From NCBI GenBank assembly GCA_963745075.1, contig CAVUWV010000004.1, positions 1-58,167 of the forward strand: a stretch of 58,167 bases of DNA. The letters are read 5' to 3'. The translations under genes were made by a program, and so were the position numbers. Below, piece after piece: positions 18,993 through 30,469 of this stretch. The DNA is from Candidatus Hydrogenedentota bacterium. Lineage in GTDB: Bacteria > Hydrogenedentota > Hydrogenedentia > Hydrogenedentales > SLHB01. Each line of letters opens with the position of its first letter. The first letter of the stretch is position 1. The notes beneath the pieces were generated by a model, which searched no databases, was not told the origin of the DNA, and saw only the letters and a program-made list of their open reading frames with translations.

Positions 18993-20162
18993 ATGTTTAC
19001 CAATCGAATTAAGATATTCAACTTACTCGGATTCCCGATCCAGGTGGACGCAAGCTGGTTGATTCTGGCTGTTTTGATAACCTGGTCCCTCGCCCAGGGG
19101 TGGTTTCCCTATTACTACAAAGATTTATCTACCACGGTTTATTGGGTTATGGGCGCGGCCGGCGCCTTGGGCCTGTTCGTATCCATTGTACTCCACGAAT
19201 TAGGCCACTCCGTCGTCGCGCGGAAGTATGGAATTCCCATTCGCGGAATCACGCTGTTCCTGTTCGGCGGCGTCGCGGAGATGGATGACGAGCCGCACGA
19301 AGCCCGCTCGGAGTTTCTGATGGCCATCGCGGGACCCATCATGAGCATGTTGCTCGCCGTATTGTTTTTCGGCGGCTATCTCCTCACGCGGAATCACGAG
19401 AGCATTGCCGCGGTGGCGGGAGTCGTGGGATACCTGGCGTGGCTGAACGGCCTCCTCGCGGTATTCAACATGGTTCCCGCGTTCCCCCTCGACGGCGGCC
19501 GTGTGTTGCGGGCGGCCTTGTGGGCGGCGAAAGGGAACTTCCGTTGGGCCACTCGGGTTTCTTCAGGAATCGGGTCCTTCTTCGGCACGGCATTGATCAT
19601 ACTCGGCGTCGTATCCTTCATCGGTGGCAACTACATTGGCGGAGTCTGGTGGTTCATGATTGGTCTCTTCATGCGCGGCGCGTCACAGATGTCCTACCGG
19701 CAACTCCTCGTCCGTCGCGCGCTGGAAGGTGAGCCGCTCTCGTCTTTCATGCAACCGAACCCCGTAACGGTGGCGCCTTCTGTCTCCGTGAAAGAACTCG
19801 TCGAGGATTACATCTACCGTCACCACTACAAAATGATTCCGGTGGTCGAGGATGAAAAGCTCATCGGGTGCGTAACGACGCGCGAGGTAAAGGAACTGCC
19901 CCAGGATCAGTGGAACTTCCGGATGGTCCGACACATCCTGACGCCTTGTTCGCCCGAGAACACCGCGCGACCCGATGAGGACGCCATGAAGACCTTGTCA
20001 CGGATGAACCAGACGGGGAACAGTCGCCTTCTCGTGGTGGACGGTGAACATCTGGTCGGGATCGTCACGTTGAAAGACCTTCTGCGATTTCTTTCGCTCA
20101 AGATGGACCTGGAAGGGGACCGCGACAGCGCGAACAAGGAGCACGGCGCCCAGGCAAGCTGA
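18993..20162 (+). CDS. Site-2 protease (M50) with tandem CBS domains
   Basis: HELGH, AGP, NMVPAFPLDGGR, TM helices, two CBS repeats. Confidence 0.95.
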   Translation: MFTNRIKIFNLLGFPIQVDASWLILAVLITWSLAQGWFPYYYKDLSTTVYWVMGAAGALGLFVSIVLHELGHSVVARKYGIPIRGITLFLFGGVAEMDDEPHEARSEFLMAIAGPIMSMLLAVLFFGGYLLTRNHESIAAVAGVVGYLAWLNGLLAVFNMVPAFPLDGGRVLRAALWAAKGNFRWATRVSSGIGSFFGTALIILGVVSFIGGNYIGGVWWFMIGLFMRGASQMSYRQLLVRRALEGEPLSSFMQPNPVTVAPSVSVKELVEDYIYRHHYKMIPVVEDEKLIGCVTTREVKELPQDQWNFRMVRHILTPCSPENTARPDEDAMKTLSRMNQTGNSRLLVVDGEHLVGIVTLKDLLRFLSLKMDLEGDRDSANKEHGAQAS

Positions 20163-20437
20163 TCGGTCGCAGCCCGCACCATGCCTTGAGAAAGTGGCCG
20201 AAGCATTTTGACGTGACATAGTGCGTGTGAGCGAATTCCCGGCTAGCGTTTCGAGGACCTTCATCGTCGATGGGGAAAGAACCGTGGATTGGAAGTCTTG
20301 GCCGAGGAATACGTGACCTGACCGGCGAAGCCCCCCGAATCTGCGGCACGTTGGCCGAACCCGGGGACCACAACGATCGATGGGCCCCTAAGCGAGAGAT
20401 CCGCGAAGGATCGGTTCGGCGTTCTGGTCTTTCCCTG

Positions 20438-20489
20438 TTTGGGACATTGGGATTTGTTTCGGTATTCGTGCTTCGGATCTCGAAATTGA
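20438..20489. repeat. Copy of a dispersed AT-rich heptad-type repeat (same family as 37495-37709)
   Basis: Reverse complement AATTTCGAGATCCGAAGCACGAATACCGAAACAAATCCCAATGTCCCAAAC resembles 37496-37561. Confidence 0.6.
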
Positions 20490-20678
20490 ATTCGGATTGT
20501 GCAGCCCTTCAACCCAATAGCCATAAAAGGGGGGAAGGCCGCGCAACGTGTATTCCGAATACTCCGGGCTTAGCATTCGGTCGAGGGAGCCAGTTTCACG
20601 TTGCGCGGCCGGAGTCCAAGGTGGCGGAGTCGGCAACCAAACAGCTGGAGCAGCGCGCTCGAGCCGGAGAGGGGCTCA

Positions 20679-20891
20679 TCAGACCCAGCCAAAACGGACC
20701 TGTTCGGCGACGTGGAGGGCGCGCAATGCCCGCTCCATGAGCGGATTGGCTTCCTCCGTCGAGCCGGGGGCGCACTCCTCTTGCGCGGCATTTCGCGCTG
20801 CCAGAGTCACCCCAAGGCCCTTTCCAGCCTCGCAGGCCGGTCGCGCATTGTCACCTGCGCGACCGCTATGTGCTTGTCTTCGGTGTATCAT
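20679..20891 (-). CDS. Putative small protein (70 aa) downstream of a sigma54-type promoter
   Basis: ATG 20891 after AAAGAGAG; reads MIHRRQAHSG..ERALRALHVAEQVRFGWV; followed by a 14-bp perfect inverted repeat. Confidence 0.35.
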   Translation of the reverse strand: MIHRRQAHSGRAGDNARPACEAGKGLGVTLAARNAAQEECAPGSTEEANPLMERALRALHVAEQVRFGWV

Positions 20892-20954
20892 GTGATTCAA
20901 CTCTCTTTGGGGCCTTCGCCGCACCCTGCGGCGTCGGCCACGTGAATGGGGGAA

Positions 20955-20970
20955 AGCAACCCGTGTGCCA
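20955..20970 (-). promoter_or_regulatory. Sigma54 (-24/-12) promoter
   Basis: Minus strand TGGCAC-ACGGG-TTGCT matches the TGGCAC-N5-TTGC(A/T) consensus. Confidence 0.6.
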
Positions 20971-21253
20971 AGACCAGTCTTATTGTGCCAATTTAGATAT
21001 AACTCACGTGGTACCAATGCTCTACCTACAACGAGCGATCTGAGATTTCGAATTTGAGATTGCAGGGAATACCTACATAGACGTAGGCTTGGACAAAATT
21101 ACTTACGCGAATGTGTCTGCAACAGCCGCACCGGCGCGAATCAGGGGGTACCTGTTCCTTGCGTTCATACCGCTACCCGTTGCACGGCTAGCCCAGTGCC
21201 ACGTATGGTGTCATCCGTTCGTGGTACTGGCTACGAGGAAATGGAGAAAACCG

Positions 21254-22039
21254 ATGACTATCCGAAAGCGTGTGTGGCAAATTCTCGAGCCAGCGAAGGC
21301 TGCCGATCGCGCAAGTAAGATCTTTGATATCGCGATCCTGACTCTTATTGCGGCGAACGTGGCCGCCGTCATGGTCGGCACTGTGGCATCCGTCGAACAA
21401 CGTTTTGGCGCGGAACTCTACGCGTTTGAAGTATTCTCAGTAGCGGTCTTCACGATCGAATACACTCTACGAATCTGGTCTTGCGTCTCGAAGGCAACTT
21501 ACCGAAACGTACTTTCGGGCCGACTTCGCTTCGCACTGACCCCCATGGCTCTAATTGATCTTGTCGCGATTCTACCGTTCTACGTAGGATGGATCGGGTT
21601 CGACCTTCGCTTTCTGCGGGCACTACGACTACTGCGGTTGGTTCGAATCGCGAAAGTCGCGCGTTATATGAACGCCCTACAAATCATGTCACGGGTTCTG
21701 CGCGCTAAACGGGAAGAGTTGCTGCTGACAGCCGCGGTAACGCTACTGTTGCTCATCATGGCCGCCTCACTTATGTACCAGGTCGAACACGATGCGCAGC
21801 CGGAGGTTTTCTCTAGTATCCCGGCGACCATGTGGTGGGCCATTGCGACATTGACCACGGTCGGCTATGGGGACGTATACCCGATTACCCCCATGGGGCA
21901 GGTTGTCGCTTCCGTAGTTGCCATCCTCGGGGTCGGGCTGTTCGCACTGCCCACTGGCATTATAGGGGCCGGATTCGTCGAAGAAATTCAACGATTGAAA
22001 ACAGAGAAACGCTGTCCCCACTGCGGCGAACTTCTTTAG
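21254..22039 (+). CDS. Voltage-gated-type potassium channel (ion transporter)
   Basis: S4 RFLRALRLLRLVRIAKVARY, selectivity filter TTVGYGD, C-terminal CPHCG. Confidence 0.93.
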   Translation: MTIRKRVWQILEPAKAADRASKIFDIAILTLIAANVAAVMVGTVASVEQRFGAELYAFEVFSVAVFTIEYTLRIWSCVSKATYRNVLSGRLRFALTPMALIDLVAILPFYVGWIGFDLRFLRALRLLRLVRIAKVARYMNALQIMSRVLRAKREELLLTAAVTLLLLIMAASLMYQVEHDAQPEVFSSIPATMWWAIATLTTVGYGDVYPITPMGQVVASVVAILGVGLFALPTGIIGAGFVEEIQRLKTEKRCPHCGELL

Positions 22040-22236
22040 AATCAAGCGGCTCCGGTACCTCGGTCAAATGCCTGCCTCTAACCGATAACACCCTACATCG
22101 ACGCGAAGTCCGCATCCTTGGCTGTCCGGCACTGGTTCAAGACTTCCTCGCCGTCGCCATCTCTGCTACTATCTAACTTCCTGACGCAACAACTTCGGAC
22201 GCGACCGTGGCGCGCCCGTCGAAGGAGAATTTTTTC

Positions 22237-23374
22237 ATGCTTCATCTGACCTTGGCCGTGACGACTGCGTTGATCGGGTTTGCCGCACCGGGGCCCGAGT
22301 TGAAGATTTGACCGGGAACGGATCGGGGACGTGATCTACGAGGCCTGCGCGGCGTTTGACGTGAACAATGACGGCGCTATCGACATTGTTTCGGGCGAAT
22401 ACTGGTTTGAAGGGCCGGAGTTTACGAAGGCCCACAAGATTTGCGACATCCGGCGCGAAGTCGATTACTACGACGATTTCTCGGACTATCCCATGGATGT
22501 CAACGGCGACGGGTATCTCGATATCGTTACGGGGGCGTGGTGGGGCGAAAGTTTGGCGTGGCGGGAGAATCCGAAGGGCCAGCCGGTCGAGTGGACGACG
22601 CACGTGATTGCCAAGACGGGCAACATCGAGCGGCCGTGCTTTTACGATATCGACGGCGACGGCGACGTGGAGGTAATTCCCAACACGAAAGGCGTCTCCA
22701 TCTTCAAGCTGGTCCGCGACGCGAACGGCAACGGTACGGGGGAGTTCACGGAAACGAAGATCCTGCCGGAGGGCGCCGGGCACGGCATCGGATTCGGCGA
22801 TGTGAACGGCGACGGGCATGCGGACATCGTCCTAAGTTGGGGCTGGCTGGAGTCGCCCGAGAATCCCTATGAAGGGAAGTGGTCGGAACACCGGGTGTTC
22901 GATTTCGGTATGGCCAGTTGCCCCATGATCGTCATGGACGTGAACAAAGACGGGATGAACGACATCATCGTCGGCCAGGGTCACAACTACGGACTGGACT
23001 GGTGGGAACAGGCTGTTGATGCCGATGGCAAGCAGGCGTGGACGAAGCACGCCATCGAGCCCAACCGTTCCCAGTTCCACGATATGATGCTGGCCGATAT
23101 CGACAACGACGGTGAACCGGAGCTGATTACGGGCAAACGCTATCGCGCGCACAACGGCCACGATCCGGGTTCCGCCGATCCGCTGGGCCTGTACTACTAT
23201 GAAATCAACGGCGGCGATTTCGTCCGCAATACCATTGATTACGGCCCGTCCGGGCAGGCCAGCGGCGCGGGGATCTATCTCTGGGTGCAAGACGTTAACG
23301 GCGATGGGTGGAAAGACATCGTCGCGCCCGGCAAAGAAGGATTGTATCTCTTCCGGAATCTTGGGCCGGCATAA
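22237..23374 (+). CDS. Secreted FG-GAP/VCBS repeat protein (1-bp insertion near 22306 separates the signal peptide)
   Basis: SD AAGGAG and signal peptide MLHLTLAVTTALIGFAAPG in a shifted frame; repeated DxNxDGxxDI motifs. Confidence 0.85.
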
Positions 23375-23498
23375 GCTGTTGCAGAATTGAAAGCTTTTCC
23401 TGTCGCGAGAGTGGCGCGAGAAAGGTTTGATATAGTTTAGCGGTAGCCACAAGGGGGAATTCCCTGTTAGAACCGCACTGACCGTTGGGGGGTCCGTC

Positions 23499-24938
23499 AT
23501 GGAGTTCGACGTCCTCACATTATCCCGTTTGCAGTTTGCCTTCACGATCATGTTCCACTACCTGTTTCCGCCGCTGTCCATCGGGCTGGGGTGGATGCTC
23601 GTGATGCTGGAATGGCGGCACCTGCGCAGCGGCGATCCCGAGGACGAAGCCATTGCCAAGTTCTGGACCGGCATCTTCGCGGTCATCTTCGCGGTGGGCG
23701 TCGCCACCGGTATCGTCATGGAATTCGAGTTCGGCACGAACTGGGCCACATACTCGCGGTTTGTCGGCGATGTCTTTGGGTCCGCCTTGGCCGCGGAGGG
23801 GATTTTCGCCTTCTTCCTGGAGTCCGGATTTCTCGCGGTACTCGTGTTCGGCTGGGATCGTGTGGGGCCGAAGATGCACTTTTTCTCCACATGCATGGTG
23901 GCGCTGGGGGCGCTGTTTTCGTCGGTCTGGATCACGGTGGCCAACTCCTGGCAGCAGACGCCCGCGGGGTTTCACATCGTCGGCGAAGGCATGGAGGCCC
24001 GCGCCGAGATCACGAGCTTCTGGGCCATGGTGTTCAACCCGTCCAGCGTGCACCGATTGACGCACGTGTGGATTGGTTGCGGGATCCTCGGCGGGCTTTT
24101 CGTGATGAGTGTCGCGGCGTGGTACCTCCTGCGCGGGCGGCACGTGAACGCGGCGAAGAAGATGTTCCGGCCCGCGTTGGGACTCGCGCTCATCATGTCC
24201 CTCGCCGCGCCGATATCCGGGCACTTTCAGGCGCGGATGGTCGCCAAGCACCAGCCGCCCAAGCTGGCGGCCTTCGAGGGGCATTACCATACGGGCGAAG
24301 GCGGTACGGCGATGTACCTCTGGGGCGTACCGGATGACGAAACGAAGTCCGTTCGGTACGGTGTGGCAATTCCAAGACTCTTGAGCTTTCTCGTGTACGA
24401 CAACCTGACGACTCCCGTTCCCGGGCTGGATACCGTACCGCGCGATGAATGGCCCCCGATCAATCTCTCGTTTCAAAGTTATCACCTCATGGTCGCGCTC
24501 GGTCTGTACTTCATCGCGCTCACGCTGCTGTGCACGTTTTTTTTGTGGAGGGGCACGCTTTGGGAGAAGCGGTGGCTGCTGTGGGTCTGCGTGTTCAGCG
24601 TGGTGGGCGGTTTCGCGGCCAATCAATTGGGCTGGGTGGCGGCGGAAGTTGGCCGGCAACCCTGGATCGTGTGGGGGCAATTGCGGACCGACGCGGCCTT
24701 ATCGAAAGTGGTGACGGGACGCATGGTGTTGTCGTCCATTCTCATGTTCGGCGTTATTTACTTCCTGCTCTTCTTCGTATGGGTATCGGTGTTGCACACG
24801 AAGATTCTGAAAGGGCCGGAGATCCCCGAAAAGAAGGGGAAGAAAGCATTCCTGGATGTGGCGGCGGAACTCTACGCTCCGGGCGGACCGTCGTATACCG
24901 GTGATAAGACGGACGACAATCCGAAGGAGGAAAACTGA
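23499..24938 (+). CDS. cydA: Cytochrome bd ubiquinol oxidase subunit I
   Basis: [46 protein letters not shown]. Confidence 0.97.
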   Translation: MEFDVLTLSRLQFAFTIMFHYLFPPLSIGLGWMLVMLEWRHLRSGDPEDEAIAKFWTGIFAVIFAVGVATGIVMEFEFGTNWATYSRFVGDVFGSALAAEGIFAFFLESGFLAVLVFGWDRVGPKMHFFSTCMVALGALFSSVWITVANSWQQTPAGFHIVGEGMEARAEITSFWAMVFNPSSVHRLTHVWIGCGILGGLFVMSVAAWYLLRGRHVNAAKKMFRPALGLALIMSLAAPISGHFQARMVAKHQPPKLAAFEGHYHTGEGGTAMYLWGVPDDETKSVRYGVAIPRLLSFLVYDNLTTPVPGLDTVPRDEWPPINLSFQSYHLMVALGLYFIALTLLCTFFLWRGTLWEKRWLLWVCVFSVVGGFAANQLGWVAAEVGRQPWIVWGQLRTDAALSKVVTGRMVLSSILMFGVIYFLLFFVWVSVLHTKILKGPEIPEKKGKKAFLDVAAELYAPGGPSYTGDKTDDNPKEEN

Positions 24939-25966
24939 TGGGTACGCTCCTCGATCTGAATACCCTGTGGTTCTTCCTTCTGGGTGTACTGCTCACCGGT
25001 TACGCCATTCTCGACGGATTCGACCTCGGCGTCGGCACGTTGCACCTCGTTGCGCGGAAGGATGAGGACCGGCGCGTCTTCATGAACTCGATTGGTCCGC
25101 TGTGGGACGGCAACGAAGTCTGGCTGGTGACCTTTGGGGGCGCGTTATTTGCCGCTTTCCCGAAAGTTTATGCAACGGCCTTTTCCGGGTTTTATATCGC
25201 TTTCATGCTGCTATTGTGCGCGCTGATTTTCCGGGCTGTGTCGATGGAATTTCGCAGCAAACTGAATTTGCGATGGTGGCGGTCCCTGTGGGATACAATC
25301 TTTTGCGTATCCAGCACCCTCGCGGGCTTCCTCTTCGGCGTCGCCGTGGGGAACGCCATGATGGGCATCCCGATAGGCACCGATGGGGAATATCACGGGA
25401 TCCTGTTCGACCAGTTGCGCCCCTACCCCCTGCTGATTGGACTGCTGGTCGTAGCCATGTTCGCCATGCACGGCTCGATTTATCTCTATTTGAAGACCGA
25501 AGGGGAATTACAGGAACGAGTCCACAACTGGATTTGGCGCACTTTCGGAACCTTCCTGATCCTGTATGTGTTCGCGACCATCTACACCTTGCAGGCCGTG
25601 CCCGACGCGACGCGCAATCTCGAACGGTACCCCGCCGCCTGGATTATCGTGGGGCTAAACGTCCTCGCCATAGCCAATATCCCGCGCGCGATCTTCCAGG
25701 GGCGGCCGTTGTACGCGTTCGTGTCGTCGTGTTGCACGATCGCCGCGTTCAATTTTCTGTTCGCGGTGGCCATTTTCCCGAACCTGCTCGTGTCGAGTGT
25801 CGACCCGGCCTACAGTCTCACGATCTACAACGCCGCCTCGTCGCAAAAAACGCTGGGGATCATGCGCACCATCGCGTTCCTGGGGATGCCCTTTGTCATC
25901 ACCTACACCGCGGTGATCTACTGGACGTTCAAAGGCAAGACGCAACTGGACAAACACAGTTATTAG
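24938..25966 (+). CDS. cydB: Cytochrome bd ubiquinol oxidase subunit II
   Basis: YAILDGFDLGVG, GPLWDGNEVWL; coupled to cydA. Confidence 0.97.
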   Translation: MGTLLDLNTLWFFLLGVLLTGYAILDGFDLGVGTLHLVARKDEDRRVFMNSIGPLWDGNEVWLVTFGGALFAAFPKVYATAFSGFYIAFMLLLCALIFRAVSMEFRSKLNLRWWRSLWDTIFCVSSTLAGFLFGVAVGNAMMGIPIGTDGEYHGILFDQLRPYPLLIGLLVVAMFAMHGSIYLYLKTEGELQERVHNWIWRTFGTFLILYVFATIYTLQAVPDATRNLERYPAAWIIVGLNVLAIANIPRAIFQGRPLYAFVSSCCTIAAFNFLFAVAIFPNLLVSSVDPAYSLTIYNAASSQKTLGIMRTIAFLGMPFVITYTAVIYWTFKGKTQLDKHSY

Positions 25967-25976
25967 ACTTGCGCCG

Positions 25977-26696
25977 CTATTCGCTCTCCAAATAAGGCGC
26001 AAACATGTGCTCGATCTCGGCGAGCTTTGCCTCGATGGAATGGGGCATTGCCAGCGTGAATAGATCCAGGATGACGAGGGCGTTCAGATGGGCGTCCCCG
26101 GCGGGGATGGTGCGCAAGCGGTCGGCAAGAAAGATGTTTACTTCGTGGATATCGTCGTAAATCTTCCGCAGTCCGCCGAGGTCCAGATCAGCGTCCTTTC
26201 CCTTCTGTCGAAGAAAGTACTGAGCGAGAAGGTAGGAGCTTACGGCGCGATAGACCGTTTCATTGGTCGTGGCAAAAGGCAGGTGGTACCGGGCCATGGG
26301 ACGAAACTTCACCAGAACGGGGCAACCGCAGGTCGCCATGCGCAGTCCGACGAGCGAACTGAGCGCTTTTTGCATGGTGGTCTTGGCGGAGATCGTTCGT
26401 TGCGACGTTGTAACGGTGGCTTCCACGTTTGAGAACGAGAGGATGTCGCCGAACTCTTCCAGGATTTCTACAAAGGAGAGCGCCGCGGGGCAATGGGGGT
26501 GCTCATCAGGACGCAAAGGGCAAACGTCGCACTGACAGACCTCGAGGCGCGCCCAATTCGGCGGAGCGGGATCGGTGGCGTGTGTGGTTTCCAGGGTTTC
26601 GGAATCCATGCGGACGGTACAGGTCTTCTCGACCGGTTTCGGGCCGTCTCCGTCGCAGATGAAATGATAGGTGATTTCTATGGGTTCCTTGGCCAT
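25977..26696 (-). CDS. Conserved Cys-containing hypothetical protein (DUF6901-like)
   Basis: WARLEVCQCDVCPL..HCPAA, SSLVGLRMATCGCP, PMARYHLPFA. Confidence 0.65.
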   Translation of the reverse strand: MAKEPIEITYHFICDGDGPKPVEKTCTVRMDSETLETTHATDPAPPNWARLEVCQCDVCPLRPDEHPHCPAALSFVEILEEFGDILSFSNVEATVTTSQRTISAKTTMQKALSSLVGLRMATCGCPVLVKFRPMARYHLPFATTNETVYRAVSSYLLAQYFLRQKGKDADLDLGGLRKIYDDIHEVNIFLADRLRTIPAGDAHLNALVILDLFTLAMPHSIEAKLAEIEHMFAPYLESE

Positions 26697-26763
26697 ACAT
26701 TCTCTCTGTGGCACACGTGATTACCGTGAGTTCCCCAGCGGAAGCGTGAATAACAGTAACCGG

Positions 26764-27663
26764 CTATTGTACAGCCGGTTCGTCCCGGAAGCGGGCCCAA
26801 TGTTGCTCGAACCGGTTCGCGTCGCCTTCCCCATTATGAACGTAAAGGCGGTATCGAAGCGACAGCTTTTTTCCGGGGTCAAGGGTGTAGGGAGCGTCTT
26901 TGGTGAAGCAGGGAGACATCCACCCCTCGTCGCGGACGTGAAACGCAGGCGGATGCCCCGGATTGGCGGGGTGATCGAACAGGGTGATCCCGTTGACGAT
27001 GTCCTGCGCGACCCGGCCCGAGAAGTCCACCCATTCCGACGGCTGCCAGTGGACGCCGCGTTCATTGACCTTGCCTTGCGCGTTGAGGATGCGTCCGCCT
27101 CCTACGGCAACGGTCATGGTGGGCGCCACGCGAACGCCCAGGAGCCCGTACGGGGTCTTGCCGAAGGTCACAGCTTGCTCGATGGGTTCCAGGACCAGTA
27201 ACAAATCGAGATAGTACTCGCCGCCGTCGAGCGTACGTAGGGTCCACGTTCGAATGTCGCGCAGCAATGATGTGCCGTCGCCGGTTTGCCACCGGTGGAC
27301 GACGGTGAAAGAGGCCGAGTCGCTGTTACTCCCGAATTTGAGGAGTTTCTCGAAGACGATGCGATTCTCGTTGTTCTCCGCCCAGAAATCGTAGCCATTC
27401 ACGTCGGCATGTCCGATCCAGACGGAGCGATGGTGTCGGTGCCCATAAGGGTCCACCGGATGGGCCATCGAGGTCAGCCTCCTCCCGCTCGGCCCGATCA
27501 GGGGAAACAGGAACGGTTTCGGCGCATCCGGATTCGCGTAGTACCGGGTTACTTCCTTGCCGTCGATCTCAAAGGCGATTTGGTCGTTCGGCAGCGGTAC
27601 GGCCTGGACGGAGGGGAATGTACCGGCGTGTACGCAAAGGGGAGCGAGCAAGGAGAGCAACAC
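26764..27663 (-). CDS. Secreted DUF6807 (PmoA-annotated) family protein
   Basis: Signal-like N-terminus, KPFLFPLIGPSG..HRHHRSVWIGH, DHPANPGHP; start codon uncertain. Confidence 0.75.
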   Translation of the reverse strand: MLLSLLAPLCVHAGTFPSVQAVPLPNDQIAFEIDGKEVTRYYANPDAPKPFLFPLIGPSGRRLTSMAHPVDPYGHRHHRSVWIGHADVNGYDFWAENNENRIVFEKLLKFGSNSDSASFTVVHRWQTGDGTSLLRDIRTWTLRTLDGGEYYLDLLLVLEPIEQAVTFGKTPYGLLGVRVAPTMTVAVGGGRILNAQGKVNERGVHWQPSEWVDFSGRVAQDIVNGITLFDHPANPGHPPAFHVRDEGWMSPCFTKDAPYTLDPGKKLSLRYRLYVHNGEGDANRFEQHWARFRDEPAVQ

Positions 27664-27777
27664 GGCTATATTAAGATGGGACAGCTTCCGACCCTTTCTC
27701 TATTCTGATTGGACAAGAGAAGTGCGCGGATGACCGCTGACCATGCAAGTATGTGTCTTCACGAAGGCAAACGTCCG

Positions 27778-27954
27778 CTAGCGAGACTGCGGCGCTGGAG
27801 GAGAAACCGCAATTCTTCCACTTTCCTGCTGCTTTCGCTTCGCTTCACTCAGGATACGATCGATATTGAAATCCATGGATCGCGCCAAATCTCCTTTTAT
27901 CCGTCGAGTTTCCTGGATGATCTCGTCGATGGTTTCTATGTCGTCTTGTTTCAT
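27778..27954 (-). CDS. Small putative antitoxin partner of the PIN toxin
   Basis: MKQDDIETIDEIIQETRRIKGDLARSMDFNIDRI..; starts just after the corrected PIN stop codon. Confidence 0.6.
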   Translation of the reverse strand: MKQDDIETIDEIIQETRRIKGDLARSMDFNIDRILSEAKRKQQESGRIAVSPPAPQSR

Positions 27955-27959
27955 TGCTT

Positions 27960-28434
27960 TCACTCTCCAAGCAATTCCTCGGGCGTACACAACACCGGAA
28001 GCTGAAAGCCACAATCCACGACGATTCTTCTGCAGTTCCCTCATGATGGCGGCGTTGGCAATATGGCGGCAATTCCACGTCACCAAAAAGTCGACACCGT
28101 GAACTGAGGCGACAGCAATATGGATGGCGTCACGTGTCGCTTCACGGGGCAACAATCCCGACGCCACAATCGCTTTAGCAACGTCATTGACAGCCTCGGT
28201 AAGGTCGAGAAGGGGGAGGTCATCGAGAAAGAGCAAGCGCATTCGAGCCGCCTCGGCATCGCCGGACGCCGCCTCCTCCAAGACAATCTGCGAGATGCAG
28301 AGGTCGTAATTCTCACGCGCAGCGTTCCACCATGCATGCGTTATCTGTTGCCGGGCGGCTTGGATCAAGTCTCTGCCCGGCCGCGCGGCCAGGTAGCTCG
28401 GTATCGTCGTCTCGATGTAGACTCGCTTGTTCAT
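27960..28434 (-). CDS. vapC: PIN-domain (VapC-like) toxin, 1-bp shift near 28028
   Basis: VYIETTIPSYL, DAIHIAVA, LVTWNCRHIAN; the shifted frame gives the conserved end LPVLCTPEELLGE*. Confidence 0.8.
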
Positions 28435-28458
28435 GGTCGAAGACCAAACAAGATTACC

Positions 28459-28659
28459 TTAGTAATTGATGCGCTGCCGCAAAGACTTTCGACGCGTCGC
28501 GGAGTTCAACCGCCCCCGTATTTCCGTTTGCCAAGCCAGTGAAGGTTCGGGTCCTTGCGCGGTGTTCAGACTCTCCAGAAGCCGTTCCGCGACAAACGCT
28601 CTCACTTCGGGAGGCAAGCGTAGTGCTTCGGACAATATATCTTCAGCCGTTACTGCCAT
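28459..28659 (-). CDS. Addiction-module antitoxin component (TIGR02574-like); C-terminus may be damaged
   Basis: ILSEALRLPPEVRAFVAERLLESL..AWQTEI. Confidence 0.7.
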   Translation of the reverse strand: MAVTAEDILSEALRLPPEVRAFVAERLLESLNTAQGPEPSLAWQTEIRGRLNSATRRKSLRQRINY

Positions 28660-28743
28660 GGTGGTATGGTAGCCTTTTCGCAATCAGCCGTCAATTGCTG
28701 CGTGAACCAAGACGCGCCGTCCGAGGCATACGGCTCAGTAACG

Positions 28744-29254
28744 TTACGCCCCTTGCGCTTCGGTTTGTGGTACCCACAATGGCCGGAAAGATTCCCCGCG
28801 CAGCATCTTGTGATGAACACGATTTGCCCGACGTGTTCGGCGAAATGTCGCTCGGTCTCGTAGATTGCGGAAAGCGCCGTCACATCGAAATCCTGAATCA
28901 CCAAGGTATCCGTCAGCCGCGCCGTGATCCATATGCCGGATCGCGGATCAGCGCTAACTCGACGGTTTCGTCCAACCGGGCCAGGAGATCGGCCTTTGTC
29001 GATTCCGGCTGGTCGACAAACTCGTTGTGTCGATCGCGCGTATCCGGATGCCCTATCCCGACGGAGTTCATCCATTGCCCGATGTTTCCGCACAAATGAA
29101 CGATGATGTTGCCGATGCTGTTACTGGCGTCGGCGGGATGCCACCACACCTCGCGGTCGTCGATCCGATCCAGACAGAGATGGACACGTTCCAGCTCGCG
29201 TGCGAAGCGTTCGTAGGAGTAATCGAGAAAAATACGTTCAGCTTTAGTCGTCAT
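28744..29254 (-). CDS. DinB-superfamily (DUF1572-like) protein, frameshifted
   Basis: NSIGNIIVHLCGN..RDRHNEF, then HFAEHVGQIVFIT and KMLRG in other frames. Confidence 0.75.
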
Positions 29255-29290
29255 ACGAGCCCTATCCAACGGCCGATCGGTCACTAAAGA

Positions 29291-30299
29291 TCACGACTTT
29301 ACCAGAATATCACTGTCACGATACCAAATACGGTTCCGCGCAGAAGAAAGATGTACGCCACAAACCCACTCGTCAATGCCATTGATCGCGACAGCGTTGA
29401 CCTTCCCGTCCAACACATCCAGCCCAGTCTGTGTCATACGCACTTCCGTATCGCGCATCGCGGGACTATGCCCGCTGAGTTCCACCAGTTTTCGGTTCAG
29501 GGCCGCATCACCCATACGTCGGAGTCGGTGGTACAGATAGAAATCCGAGAGATAGTCAAGCGTTCCCCAAAGGTCGCCCAGAGTAGCCCCAATGGCGCGG
29601 ACGGCAGACGGACCCTCGTCGCGTGTATTCTTGAGAAGCGTCTTGTCCAGGTCGTTGAGGCCTGTCTTGCGTTCGGGATAACGACCGAGCAAACACCGCA
29701 AACTCCCATGCAGCAAGGGTAATGGCTGATCATGTGGATCAGCCAGGAGATTGGTTAACCGATCTGGTTCTTGTGAGACGAGTGTTGTCCACACGGTTTC
29801 GAGATAGTTGATTCGCGCACCTGATTAAGGGCTCCGCGTGTCCGTGTTGACGCACGGTTTCCGGTTTCAGCCACGAAAGCGAACCGACTTCGTAGTCTGT
29901 GCCAGGCACGTGTTGGAACTGAAAGACACTTAGTTTGTGGACTTCCCCGCCAACGCATTGGAAAAACCGGACCAACCAGACCAGAAGCAATTGGTCGGCG
30001 AGGCCGCTCCCGAGCCACAGGAAGATGTTCTCAGCTTGCGCCAACTTGTCTGTATCAAGCAGAAGTTCGTATCTATAGTCGCCGGCGCCTTCGGGCATAC
30101 CATAACATTCCCGATAATTCAGCGACCTCGCGAAATTCTGCCTAACGGCGTCCCATTCCTTCAGTTCTTCAAACTCGACCCACGGCCCACAAGACAATTG
30201 GTCCCAGTAGACGAGCAGATTCTCGGGCGCCATGCCGACGGCGCGCAGTACCGTCCCGCCCGCCGCGTCGCCGTTGGTGATGTGGATGGCATTCTTCAT
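29291..30299 (-). CDS. DUF1835-like protein, frameshifted near 29800
   Basis: IHITNGDAAGG, DQLSCGP, WLGSGLADQL; second half RYPERKTGLNDLDKTLL..GIDEWVCGVHL. Confidence 0.7.
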
Positions 30300-30469
30300 T
30301 GTCATGGCCTTGTGAATTCTCTAAGATTGCCCCATAATATGCCGAATCTTTCGGAGAAAGCATAGCTTCGAAATGCAACGCGGCGAGGCGCGCGCCCGAA
30401 ATCTGTATTGCGGTCGCTGGCATTGCCTCGTTAGTTCGACTGGTTAGTCGCGAGGTATAATCATCACCA

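Noticed and set aside
26764..27663. Methane monooxygenase because of the PmoA-type family label
   Set aside because: It is a soluble secreted DUF6807-type protein with no pmoCAB context or membrane helices.
27778..28434. Apparent 218-aa PIN toxin-antitoxin fusion in the ORF track
   Set aside because: A 1-bp shift near 28028 restores the conserved PIN C-terminus (CTPEELL*) and a separate small gene, so the fusion is probably an artefact.
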